A DNA stretch of 64,000 nt from Clostridia bacterium (GTDB taxonomy: Bacteria > Bacillota > Clostridia > TANB77 > CAG-465), in assembly GCA_030524345.1 (NCBI GenBank), contig JAUNGP010000002.1, positions 30,514 through 94,513 on the forward strand. Direction: 5' to 3'. A program made the translations under genes and the position numbers. Positions 48,801 through 57,587 of the stretch are shown one piece after another (the stretch's first letter is position 1; each line of letters starts with the position of its first letter). The notes beneath the pieces were generated by a model. The model did no database searches, had not been told where the DNA came from, and saw only the letters and a list, made by a program, of their open reading frames with translations.

Positions 48801-50798
48801 AACAGAAGGTGTTTTTCCTGTGTAAGTGCCAACAATTACAGAACCTTTCTTTAAAGTCCATGTCCAATCAGTAATTTCATATCCAGATGGATCATATGAA
48901 GTATCATTGATAACTAAATCTTGATATTTGGTTATCGTATTAGCACTATAATTAAAGCTTGCAACAGGACTTCCTATTCCTACATATTTTGTAGTATAAC
49001 TTGTTACTCCCTGAAAGTCTGTAACTTCTAATTTTATAACATAAATCTCTCCTTTATCAAAAGTCGTAAGTTTTCCTGGAGTCCAATCTACATCGTTTGC
49101 CTTTTTGTAATACCAATTCTCACTGGAAATTCCATTTCCATAACCTATATCTTTATTTAAATCTAGGTCAAAAGAATTGGAAGAAAGACTGATTGCACCA
49201 TTATTAATATTAATAGAAAAGTCAGCAACTGGTCTTCTATGAGCATATACTGTTTTTACTAACTCATCATCAAAGAAAATATTATATTCACCCGGCTTAT
49301 CAAAAGTACATAATAAATCTGGTGTATAAACCTCTGTACTAGTTGATTGTCCTAAATTATTATCATAATATGTATAATTGTGATGTATCATCCATCTACC
49401 GTTTGGAAAATCTACTGAAATAGCATTATTTTTTAATGACTCTGGTGTAACCAATATACTAGAGTCTTCACCAACTATTACATATTGTGATGAGCTCTCA
49501 TTTTCAATTAATTTCTTTATATATTCTACTGTTGTATCTACGGCAGTTTCATAATCATTATTTGCTGTAAAAACTCCTTTATTGTCATTTTTAGCTATAA
49601 AATCTTCAATAGCCACTTTATTTGTATCTGTTCCCCATTGAATGAAATGAATGTCATCATTTAGCGTTCTAGATAAAATCTCACCAATTGTATCTGTTCC
49701 TGTTAAAGATTCATCAATTGTATCATCTACATTTACAACAATATGTTTTGCATCTTCTCTCCATGTTGGTTCTAACAATACATCTTTAAATGCTTTAGCA
49801 TCAGTAGTTTCGACACTTACATCATTAAACTGAACATATGGTTGAGACCATGAAAAAAATCCATAAGAGCCACTTGGAATAGCATCATCTGCAGTATCCG
49901 TATAATCTATTAATAATTTATCATTTTGATATATTTTTATATTATTATTCTTGCAAATAATTCTATATGATGACCAAGTATTTCTTGTCCATGTTTGAGT
50001 TGATGATGCAAGTTTTACAAAATGTGAATCAAATTTGTGTGCACTAGTAATATCTACTCCAGTTACAGGGCTTTTAGTTCCTGGATGTCCTCCAGCATCA
50101 AAGTAATAGTTTGTTAACTTATATAGTCCTGTTGGATATCCTTCTCCACCATCTTGTATAAATACATATGCAGTACATTTTTTAGTTGTATTGCTTGTCC
50201 CTTCACTTGTTATATTAAATCGAAACATACAACCTAAAACATCATTATCAGAATCTGTTGAACGTGCATTAAATGAAAATGTCATATTTGTAGTATTAAA
50301 ACCGTTTGGATCATAAAAACCTGTTAAACAAGCTGTATTTTCAGCATTCTGTATAGTATTTTTACCATTAACAGTAGTAATTGACCATTGACCTGTTTGT
50401 CCAATTCTTCCCCAATTATCAAAGATAACAGATGCGTCCGTTGCATTCGTTGAGATGATATCTCTTTTGACAGTTTGGATCTGCACATTGGATGTATCTA
50501 ATCCATAGTCTTGAAGTCTTGCAATGATATCGCTATCAAAATTTGTCATATCTAGTTCACTATCTTTTTGTGTAACCATAATATCTATTTTAGGATTATT
50601 AACAACATCAACTGTAACATTGGTTGCCAATTCTTGTTCATCATCAGCAAAATAACTTGCATTTGTATTGGAAGTCCTCACCACATTAGATTTTAAAAAA
50701 ATCGTACCAAATATTCCTAATACCATTAGGAATAGAATTCTCCTCTTTTTGGCATATGCCTCTCTTCTTTTTTTCATATCCCCTCTTCTTTTTTTCAT
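45819..50798 (-). CDS. Large LPXTG-anchored surface adhesin with lectin-like N-terminus, Ig/PKD-like domains and MucBP repeats
   Basis: Signal peptide; repeated VKYID...G..Y.T..K.I.GYEL...N.G...V.YEYRK modules; LPNTS + TM + KKPRKMSKKR. Confidence 0.88.
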   Translation of the reverse strand: MKKRRGDMKKRREAYAKKRRILFLMVLGIFGTIFLKSNVVRTSNTNASYFADDEQELATNVTVDVVNNPKIDIMVTQKDSELDMTNFDSDIIARLQDYGLDTSNVQIQTVKRDIISTNATDASVIFDNWGRIGQTGQWSITTVNGKNTIQNAENTACLTGFYDPNGFNTTNMTFSFNARSTDSDNDVLGCMFRFNITSEGTSNTTKKCTAYVFIQDGGEGYPTGLYKLTNYYFDAGGHPGTKSPVTGVDITSAHKFDSHFVKLASSTQTWTRNTWSSYRIICKNNNIKIYQNDKLLIDYTDTADDAIPSGSYGFFSWSQPYVQFNDVSVETTDAKAFKDVLLEPTWREDAKHIVVNVDDTIDESLTGTDTIGEILSRTLNDDIHFIQWGTDTNKVAIEDFIAKNDNKGVFTANNDYETAVDTTVEYIKKLIENESSSQYVIVGEDSSILVTPESLKNNAISVDFPNGRWMIHHNYTYYDNNLGQSTSTEVYTPDLLCTFDKPGEYNIFFDDELVKTVYAHRRPVADFSININNGAISLSSNSFDLDLNKDIGYGNGISSENWYYKKANDVDWTPGKLTTFDKGEIYVIKLEVTDFQGVTSYTTKYVGIGSPVASFNYSANTITKYQDLVINDTSYDPSGYEITDWTWTLKKGSVIVGTYTGKTPSVINFNTDDLGTGTYSYSLVVTNSQGIKSEVFTKSFTVIDDTDAPAVIIDPTHCEWKKMQEVSLLFSDADSGFSKWRYAIDSEQETSENTVWSEYITDTSYLLNIDVEGLDYLHIQAYDNAGNLLERTVGIYKIDRTQPNGNGEITQPTIDERSAIINFTATDDASGVEKIILPDGREVTGDNAIYSVTSPGEYTFKVVDVAGNEKEVVVPVAISSDGVEIKYIDQVTGDEIISSNKITGDVGTEYSTLAEIIPGYELVKTPENASGIFTMDKIIVTYEYRKTSTVTVKYIDMNTDTSIVNDIVTEYKEGDPYQTEQKTFNEYTLISNTENTSGTVGRENIEVVYRYRKISSGVDIVYIDQVTKSEIVTRDHQDGMEGTDYTTLPKKIEGYELVLTPENAIGKMTVEKITVTYEYRKISTVTVKYIDKNTGTSIIDNIVTEYKEGDPYKTEEKNFNGYKLISNTENTDGTVGRENIEVIYEYRKISSGVDTVYIDQVTKEEIDTGEHEDGLEGTEYTTIPKKIDGYELVLTPENATGKMTVGKITVTYEYRKLSKVIIKHIDANTGNAIANQTEKEYKEGVTYTTKSEDIGGYVVTKVPENSTGTMGRENIEVVYEYKKVSEGLIVKYVDKITGEVLDEKQYTGNENNVITLEEKKIDGYELVQSPENKEIILTVALQEVKFYYQKISKVQILGIDQISGEELYLEEKEGLEGENYQTEGKVVDGYQLVESTENENGVYTREGIVVKYWYKKISGGVVIRYIDQDTQEILKEKRIDGLEGEEYRTEKENFEKYNYLGSTENIVGNLKEEVIEVEYYYEKKIGKVEIIYEDEEGNELLKEIIEGKVDEEYKVEEKEIRNYRVKEKPQNTEGVFELDTITVKYIMEKIPGKVIINLVDEDGNVLDRIEKDGYVGEICEIVLPEKEGYYVEDKIVRIDYQEDPNEINIIYKKTLLPNTSDINIWKYVILFLVMMIGAVGGIVFISNNKKPRKMSKKKR
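46950..48165 (-). repeat. Three tandem 405-bp intragenic repeats (pairs of MucBP domains)
   Basis: CTATACTCATATGT recurs at 47155, 47560 and 47965 (405-bp period). Confidence 0.8.
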
Positions 50799-50956
50799 AT
50801 ATCTTCCCCCAAGTTAACGATCGTATAAACTATATTTTCTATTTCAATTATAAATTCTTATAAATAAGGTATCACATTTTAAAATTTATTTCAATGGATA
50901 TTGAAATAAAATTCTTTATGTGTTATCTTTTTACTATTTAATCGTTATATGTTATA

Positions 50957-51667
50957 ATGAAAGCGGTGAAAAAAATGACAAAACAAAAAAAACAAATGAA
51001 AGCTATAAAACTCATATTACTTGCAGCTTTTATATTACTACTGATATTTCTAACTATCAAATTATTTCCTTTGTTTAAAGATCTAGGCAGTGAAGCTGGT
51101 AGAATAGAATTTAAAAACAAAATAGATGAAATGGGAATATTAGGTCCTTTTATGATTATTGGACTTATATTCATACAACTCCTTGTTGCCTTCTTACCCG
51201 GGGAACCTCTTGAGATACTCGCTGGTATGTGCTATGGAACATTCGGTGGTATGTTACTCATTTTTGTGGGTGTTTTTCTGAGTAGTTTGATTGTGTTTTT
51301 TTCAGTGAAAAAATTTGGAAAAGATTTTATTGTTACTTTCTTTGGTGAAGAAGGATTCAAAAAGATCGAAAACAATAAGTTATTTAAAAATCCTAAAAAA
51401 GTGGAATTGATTTTATTTATACTATTTTTTATACCAGGTACACCAAAGGACCTATTTACATATATAGGTGGAATGATCCCCATAAAACCTTTAAAATTTT
51501 TATTAATATCCACATTTGCTAGATTTCCATCAATTATCACTTCAACATTTGTAGGAGCAAATATTACTAATGGAAATTTACATTTAACGATCTTTTCTTT
51601 TGTAATAACAATTATAATATCATTCATCGGACTTATGATATTTAATAAAATACAAAAAGATAATTAA
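50957..51667 (+). CDS. TVP38/TMEM64 (VTT/DedA) family membrane protein
   Basis: QLLVAFLPGEPLEILAG, FFIPGTPKDLFTY, ARFPSI. Confidence 0.9.
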   Translation: MKAVKKMTKQKKQMKAIKLILLAAFILLLIFLTIKLFPLFKDLGSEAGRIEFKNKIDEMGILGPFMIIGLIFIQLLVAFLPGEPLEILAGMCYGTFGGMLLIFVGVFLSSLIVFFSVKKFGKDFIVTFFGEEGFKKIENNKLFKNPKKVELILFILFFIPGTPKDLFTYIGGMIPIKPLKFLLISTFARFPSIITSTFVGANITNGNLHLTIFSFVITIIISFIGLMIFNKIQKDN

Positions 51668-51683
51668 AAAGGAGACTATTATT

Positions 51684-52313
51684 ATGATAATGGAACCTAA
51701 AATGTCCTTAAACTTACAGGACTTTTCTAATATAGAAAATTATTTTGAGACATCAGATACACTCAAAAATTCAAATATCATATCTGAAAATATCAACCAT
51801 CTAAATATTAGTGAAATAGAATTTCATTCTTGTATGTTAAAAAATGTAGATTTTATCAATTGTAATCTTGATAAATCCTATTTTTTCAATACCATACTAG
51901 AAAACTGTGACCTTTCCAATATTAATTTAAATAAATCTACTTTTAAAAGGGTATTGTTTAAAAATTGTAAGCTAATTGGTACAAATCTTAATTCATCCTA
52001 TTTAGAAAATGTAAAATTTATAGATTGTAATTTAAAAAATATATTTTTAGACGATAGCTCGCTAAATAAAGTTGCATTTTATCATTCAACCTTAAGAGAC
52101 GCAATTTTTTCTAGTGCAACTTTAAAAGAAACTAGTTTTGAAGTCTCTGATTTAACGCTATGCGATTTTAGTAAAACTAGTCTCAAAAATATAGATCTTT
52201 CAAATTCTAATATAGAAGGAATCACTGTCTATCCAAATGACATCTGTGGAGTCACTTTAAATGAAATTCAAGCACTTGAATTCTTAAAGATTCTTGGAAT
52301 CCGAATAAAATGA
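51684..52313 (+). CDS. Pentapeptide repeat protein
   Basis: Repeated xxFxx/CxLxx pentapeptides (NVDFI NCNLD, NCDLS, NCKLI GTNL). Confidence 0.88.
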   Translation: MIMEPKMSLNLQDFSNIENYFETSDTLKNSNIISENINHLNISEIEFHSCMLKNVDFINCNLDKSYFFNTILENCDLSNINLNKSTFKRVLFKNCKLIGTNLNSSYLENVKFIDCNLKNIFLDDSSLNKVAFYHSTLRDAIFSSATLKETSFEVSDLTLCDFSKTSLKNIDLSNSNIEGITVYPNDICGVTLNEIQALEFLKILGIRIK

Positions 52314-52362
52314 CTTATGTTGATTTTTATGTAAATTTATGGTATAATTATTATTTGAAAGA

Positions 52363-53037
52363 GTGGTGAGCCTTTTGAAGAAAATTGACATTGATTTATT
52401 AGACTTCCGATTAAAAAATAATGATCCATATGTCAAATCTAAAGTTAAAAAATGTAAAATTTTAGCTATTATTTTGGCTTTGTTTTTACTCATATTAATC
52501 ATTAACCCTCTTCATAAATTAAAAGAGGAATTTCATTATAAAATGGCTCATCCAAAAGTAGTAAAATTATACCCTGTAAAAAATGCTCAGGCAGATGCAA
52601 ACGGAAAATACAATACAAAATATATTTATCCAACAGACGGAATAGTAACTTCTGAATACGGTTATAGAACAGATCCAATCACAGGAGGAGATTCATTTCA
52701 TACTGGTATCGATATTTCATGCTATAATCACCATGATAATATACTTGCAGTTGCAAATGGAACTGTCACATTTGCCGGATCCCAAGAGGGATATGGATAT
52801 TGTGTCGAAATCAGACATGATTTTGAAAATGAAACAATATATAGTTTTTATGCACACTTATCTAGTGTCCATGTATCAGAAGGACAGCAAGTACTACAGG
52901 GAGAAGTAATAGGAAATGAGGGTGGCGATCCCAATAGTGATCCAAATCCAGGATACAGCACAGGACACCATTTACATTTTGAGCTTAGAAACGCTTCCGG
53001 ATATGGAAACGATATTGAACCTAATTTAGGACTTTAG
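52363..53037 (+). CDS. M23 family metallopeptidase
   Basis: TSEYGYR, HTGIDI, YAHL, STGHHLHFE. Confidence 0.9.
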   Translation: MVSLLKKIDIDLLDFRLKNNDPYVKSKVKKCKILAIILALFLLILIINPLHKLKEEFHYKMAHPKVVKLYPVKNAQADANGKYNTKYIYPTDGIVTSEYGYRTDPITGGDSFHTGIDISCYNHHDNILAVANGTVTFAGSQEGYGYCVEIRHDFENETIYSFYAHLSSVHVSEGQQVLQGEVIGNEGGDPNSDPNPGYSTGHHLHFELRNASGYGNDIEPNLGL

Positions 53038-53080
53038 CAAAATATGGAAGGGCACTTCACTTATGAAATGCCCTTTTTAT

Positions 53081-54235
53081 TTAATATGCAGTTTTAAATA
53101 TTTCTATAATATCTTCAACACTCGGGTCGCGTGGATTTCCTGGTTTACAAGGATCTATCATTGCTTTTTTAGCAAGCATTGGAATATCTTCCTTCTTAAC
53201 TCCTACCTCAGATAATTTTTGTGTAATTCCAACAGAAGCAGATAGTTTTTTTATCATTTCTATAAACTTAGCTATTATTTCATTCTTACTCATTCCTTCT
53301 GTTGATACATTTAATGCCTGTAATATTTCTGCAAATCTATCACTACATACAGCTCCATTATACCTCATTACATAAGGAAGTAAAATAGCATTAGCAAGCC
53401 CATGAGGAGTATCATATACAGCACCAAGTTGATGTGCCATGGAATGAACAATTCCAAGGCCAACATTTGAAAATCCCATACCGGCTATATATTGAGCAAG
53501 CCCCATTTGCTCTACAGCTACAGGATCCTTTTTATTGACTGCATCTGGTAGATATTTAAATATCAACTGAATTGCTTTTAAATGGAACATATCAGACATT
53601 TCCCATGCACCTTTTGTGATATATCCCTCTACTGCATGTGTTAAGGCATCCATTCCTGTTGCAGCAGCCAAAGATTTCGGCATTGACTCCATAAGTTCAG
53701 AATCCACTATAGCAATTACCGGTATATCATGTGGATCAATGCAAACCATTTTCACTTCCTCTTCCTCATTTGTAATAACATAGTTTATTGTTACCTCTGC
53801 AGCAGTACCTGCTGTTGTAGGTAGTGCAATTAAAGGCAATCCTTTATTTTTCGTATTTGCTACGCCATTAAGTGAAACAATATCACTAAAATCTGGATTT
53901 GTCATAACAATACTAATTGCTTTTGCAGTATCTATTGCTGAGCCTCCACCAACAGCCACTATTACATCAGTTTCATATTCTTTACACTTTATAATGCCAT
54001 CTTGTACATTTTTTATAGTAGGATTTGGCTTTACTTCATCATATACCGTAAACTCTATATTTGCTTTTTCTAATACATCTGTTACTTTGGATGTAACATC
54101 AGCACCTACCAATGCTTTATCTGTTACAACAAATATCTTTTTGTAACCTCTTGCTTTTAACTCTTCTGAAAGAATCTCTCTTGCTCCTCTTCCAAAATAT
54201 GAAGTTTCATTTAGCATGAATCTATTTGTACTCAT
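53081..54235 (-). CDS. fucO: Lactaldehyde reductase (iron-containing ADH)
   Basis: NRFMLNETSYFG, GGGSAID, PTTAGTAAEVTINYVI, HSMAH, PHGLANA, GNPR. Confidence 0.92.
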   Translation of the reverse strand: MSTNRFMLNETSYFGRGAREILSEELKARGYKKIFVVTDKALVGADVTSKVTDVLEKANIEFTVYDEVKPNPTIKNVQDGIIKCKEYETDVIVAVGGGSAIDTAKAISIVMTNPDFSDIVSLNGVANTKNKGLPLIALPTTAGTAAEVTINYVITNEEEEVKMVCIDPHDIPVIAIVDSELMESMPKSLAAATGMDALTHAVEGYITKGAWEMSDMFHLKAIQLIFKYLPDAVNKKDPVAVEQMGLAQYIAGMGFSNVGLGIVHSMAHQLGAVYDTPHGLANAILLPYVMRYNGAVCSDRFAEILQALNVSTEGMSKNEIIAKFIEMIKKLSASVGITQKLSEVGVKKEDIPMLAKKAMIDPCKPGNPRDPSVEDIIEIFKTAY

Positions 54236-54424
54236 ATATCATTCCCCCCAAATATTAAGAAATATTGTATCAAAAGATAAAGCATTAATCAATAATTAAC
54301 ACAAAAACTACACAAAACAATCTTCATACATATTTTATTCACAACCTGTAATATGTAAACTTAAATATTATTTTTCACGATATAATTTATAATATAGTAA
54401 CTATTAATTTCCAAAAAATAATTT

Positions 54425-54657
54425 AAAGGAAAGACCTTGTCCCAAAAAGGTGTTAAAGATGTAATCTTAAGGGAACGAAACCCTCTCTAGTGAACAAGAA
54501 TATAACCAGTACTGTAACACCGCTTTGGATGAGCCCATTTGGTTCCTTGCAACAAAACTACCACTGGATATTTCATTTAGAAAAAATTATGATATAAAGA
54601 CTGTGGGAAGTGTTATATAAAATATAGGTGGCCTGAATCATAATTTGGTCTACCTTT
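54425..54657. ncRNA. Candidate ~235-nt multi-stem, pseudoknotted ncRNA of unknown family
   Basis: Nested pairings AAAGG..AGACC/GGTCT.CCTTT, CCAAA..GGTGTTA/TAACACC..TTTGG, AAGAT/ATCTT, AGGG/CCCT, AAATTATGAT/ATCATAATTT; pseudoknot AATAT..CCAGT/ACTGGATATT; no ORF; promoter-like -10 boxes on both sides. Confidence 0.6.
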
Positions 54658-54743
54658 TTAGCACGAAAAAATCATACCAATTACAATTTAACTATCTTAA
54701 AACAAAAGAGTCAACAACTAAACAGTCATCGACTCCCCTTTTC

Positions 54744-55271
54744 TTATTTGTTTATTATTTCTTTTAATTTTGGCTCTAAAAATCTACAAATCGGTATGCT
54801 AATAATTATAACAAATGCATCTGCTACAAATGCATATACATTTTTTGTACATCTAAGTATAAAGGGCTGTGAATACAAGAAACTTTCTACACTTGATTTC
54901 ACAATTAGCATCGCAATTGCTGTAGCAATCATAATTACTATTGAAGAGATAATTGTTTCCAGCAAGGGCTTTTTTAGCCTCTTAACCGCTTTAAAAGTAA
55001 TCCCCATGATAATTCCAAGTAAAAGATTGGCAACTGCCCATCCTGGCATTCCTCTCAATCCATTAATTAGCAAACAATACAGTACGACACCAATTGTTCC
55101 TACAATGGTTCCACTAATTGTACCTTTGACATAACAATAAACCGTCATTGCTATATATCCTAAGCAAAGATAATAGTTTTCAAATACAGGAACTTGCAAA
55201 CATAATGATAATACAACAAACAGTGCAATCCCCATCGCATTATTAGCAATACTTTTTGTTACAGATTTCAT
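54744..55271 (-). CDS. ECF transporter S component
   Basis: IALFVVLS...QVPV...YLCLG; about five TM segments; TTGACA-17-TATAAT promoter at 55345-55317. Confidence 0.8.
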   Translation of the reverse strand: MKSVTKSIANNAMGIALFVVLSLCLQVPVFENYYLCLGYIAMTVYCYVKGTISGTIVGTIGVVLYCLLINGLRGMPGWAVANLLLGIIMGITFKAVKRLKKPLLETIISSIVIMIATAIAMLIVKSSVESFLYSQPFILRCTKNVYAFVADAFVIIISIPICRFLEPKLKEIINK

Positions 55272-55545
55272 AAAACTTTCCTCCTAATTAGTTAGAATTA
55301 ATAGACTACTCCAAACATTATATCACGTAATCAATTTTATGTCAATTAACATTGATATCCCTCAATGAGCAAAAATACCTTCCCCTATTTAAAATAATGA
55401 TTTAAGCTATATCATTTTTATCATAATTTGTTCAGGCAAATAAGAACTACTGATAGTAAGTCACAATTACTCACAATCAGTAGTATCATTAACATATGAA
55501 TTTTTTATATTGATAAAATATTATTAATATAGTATAATATTTATC

Positions 55546-55630
55546 AATTGGATTTGTATCACTACTCGTCTTGGGCGTTCTGTCTAGGGTTTGACTTACA
55601 TTAGACATAGTGAAAAAAATCCAATTTTTT
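55546..55630 (+). ncRNA. Candidate ~85-nt three-way-junction sRNA
   Basis: TTGATA-17-TATAAT promoter (55510-55538); stems AATTGGATTT/AAATCCAATT, TCACTA/TAGTGA, CGTC/GGCG, TGTCTA/TAGACA; T-run at 3' end. Confidence 0.6.
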
Positions 55631-55645
55631 ATGATTCATTCATAT

Positions 55646-56335
55646 TTATTTTAACAAATCCTTTATCACCTCTGAGGCCATAATCAGTCCTGCAACAGAG
55701 GGAACAAATGATACGCTCCCTAATGTACTTGTTTCTACTTTCTTTTGAACTGGTATTTCTGTAGAAAAAACAACTTTTTGTTTTTTAATACCAGCATCTT
55801 TTAATTTTCTTCTCATGCATTTAGCAAGAGGGCAAGTACTTGTTTTATATATATCTGCAACTTTAATATCTAATGGATTTAGTTTATTTCCCATTCCCAT
55901 ACAGGAAATACATTTGATATTCTTTTTACTGCATTCTGTTATAATAGCTACTTTCGCCTCAATATTATCCACAGCATCAACAACATAATCAATATCTCCC
56001 TTGATAATTTGATTAATATTTTCAGATGTAATATTTGCTTTTATTGCTTTGATATTTGCCTCTTTATGAATATCAATTAATCTTTCCTGGGCCACTTTCA
56101 CCTTATCTTTTCCAACAGTACTCTCCAGTGCAATTAATTGTCTATTTATATTAGTTACATCTACTATATCTTTATCTATAATAGTAATGTTTCCAACTCC
56201 ACTTCTTGCTATAGCTTCTAAAGCATAGGATCCTACTCCACCTATTCCACAAACCAATACATGACTATTTTTTAATTTATTGATATTTTCCCTACCTATT
56301 ACGATTTCTGTCCTTTGGTATATTGAATCTTCCAT
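55646..56335 (-). CDS. tcdA: tRNA threonylcarbamoyladenosine dehydratase (ThiF/E1-like)
   Basis: GIGGVGS, DKDIVDVTNINRQ, DAVD, SCMGMGNK, CPLA, GSVSFVPSVAG. Confidence 0.9.
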   Translation of the reverse strand: MEDSIYQRTEIVIGRENINKLKNSHVLVCGIGGVGSYALEAIARSGVGNITIIDKDIVDVTNINRQLIALESTVGKDKVKVAQERLIDIHKEANIKAIKANITSENINQIIKGDIDYVVDAVDNIEAKVAIITECSKKNIKCISCMGMGNKLNPLDIKVADIYKTSTCPLAKCMRRKLKDAGIKKQKVVFSTEIPVQKKVETSTLGSVSFVPSVAGLIMASEVIKDLLK

Positions 56336-56339
56336 AAGT

Positions 56340-57587
56340 TTATTTTTTTCTCCTTATAACGGTATCACTGGCAAGTTCAAAAGGTATTTCTATTTTTACC
56401 AGTTGTCCTTTAATACCAGGATTAATTGTATCAATAGGTTGTCCATTTTTAATATCATATAATTTTTCTATATGAAACACACATTCTTCAAAACTATCAT
56501 GGCGTAGTACTTCTAGTTGATCCCCTAAACTTAATTTGTTTTTTATTTCAACTATATATAATCCTTCTCTTTCTTTTTCTATTACCCTAGCACCATACTC
56601 GTATTCCATATTTTCACTTTTTCCATCTAGGTCATGGATATCTTGATTTTTATCATCTACAAAGTAAAATTCAGAAAGTCCTCTAGTTTTTACTTTCAAA
56701 AGTTCCTTTAAATATTTGCTATAATCATATTCTTTTTCTCTTCCTTCAGATTTTAAATTCATATAGTCATCTATTGCCTGTCTATACACTCTCACCACAG
56801 TTGCCAAATAATAATCTGTTTTTAATCTTCCCTCTATTTTTAAGCTGTCAATTCCCATTTCAATCAATGTTGGAATTTCTTTTATTAAACACATATCTTT
56901 AGATGAGAATAAATATGTTCCTTTTTCATCAAAGTCAAGATTAATCACACTATCTTTATTATTTACCTCTGTTGCAGTAATGTTATATTGCCATCTACAT
57001 GGTTGTGCACAGTCTCCCAAATTTGCGCATCTATTAGCTAAATATTTACTTAAATAACATCTTCCAGAATAAGCATAGCAAATCGCCCCATGTACAAACA
57101 TCTCTACTTCTAAATCTTTTGGTTTATTCTTCATAATATACTCGATTCTTTCCTTACTTAACTCACGAGCAAGAATCACCCTTTTAGCTCCATATTTATG
57201 CCAAAAGTTTGCTGAATGTAGACTCACAACATTTGCTTGGGTACTAATATGAATTTCCATATTAGGCGCTATTTCTTTTATTGTATCAATAACGCCAGGA
57301 TCACTTGCAATAATCGCATCAGCCCCTACTTTATCAAGCCTTTTTACTTCTTCTATTATTTCATCATAATCAGTATCATTTGCATAAATATTTAATGCAA
57401 CATATACTTTTTTACCTATACTATGAGCATATCTACAAGTTTCCTCCAATGTATCGCTATTAAGTTCTGCTCTAGATCTAAGTGATAGTTTTGCTGTTCC
57501 AGCATATACTGCGTCTGCACCATACATAAATGCAATTTTTGCCTTCTCAATACTACCAGCAGGTGCCAATAATTCTATTTTTTTCAT
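56340..57587 (-). CDS. U32 family peptidase (TrhP/YegQ-like tRNA hydroxylation)
   Basis: ELLAPAG, GADAVY, HISTQAN, ILAREL, HGAICYAYSGRC...CAQPCRW, SLKIEGR. Confidence 0.9.
   Translation of the reverse strand: MKKIELLAPAGSIEKAKIAFMYGADAVYAGTAKLSLRSRAELNSDTLEETCRYAHSIGKKVYVALNIYANDTDYDEIIEEVKRLDKVGADAIIASDPGVIDTIKEIAPNMEIHISTQANVVSLHSANFWHKYGAKRVILARELSKERIEYIMKNKPKDLEVEMFVHGAICYAYSGRCYLSKYLANRCANLGDCAQPCRWQYNITATEVNNKDSVINLDFDEKGTYLFSSKDMCLIKEIPTLIEMGIDSLKIEGRLKTDYYLATVVRVYRQAIDDYMNLKSEGREKEYDYSKYLKELLKVKTRGLSEFYFVDDKNQDIHDLDGKSENMEYEYGARVIEKEREGLYIVEIKNKLSLGDQLEVLRHDSFEECVFHIEKLYDIKNGQPIDTINPGIKGQLVKIEIPFELASDTVIRRKK

Noticed and set aside
54449-54636. Cobalamin riboswitch-like words (AAGGGAA, ACTGTAA, CCACTGG, GGGAAG), RNase P-like GGAAAG and SRP-like fragments
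   Set aside because: Pairings are incompatible with those folds; no downstream plus-strand gene, no RNase P CR-V and no SRP GGAAGGAAGCAGC; kept as an unknown ncRNA instead
55424-55495. 24-codon hydrophobic minus-strand ORF (MLMILLIVSNCDLLSVVLICLNKL) as a type I toxin
   Set aside because: No RBS and no complementarity to the neighbouring sRNA candidate
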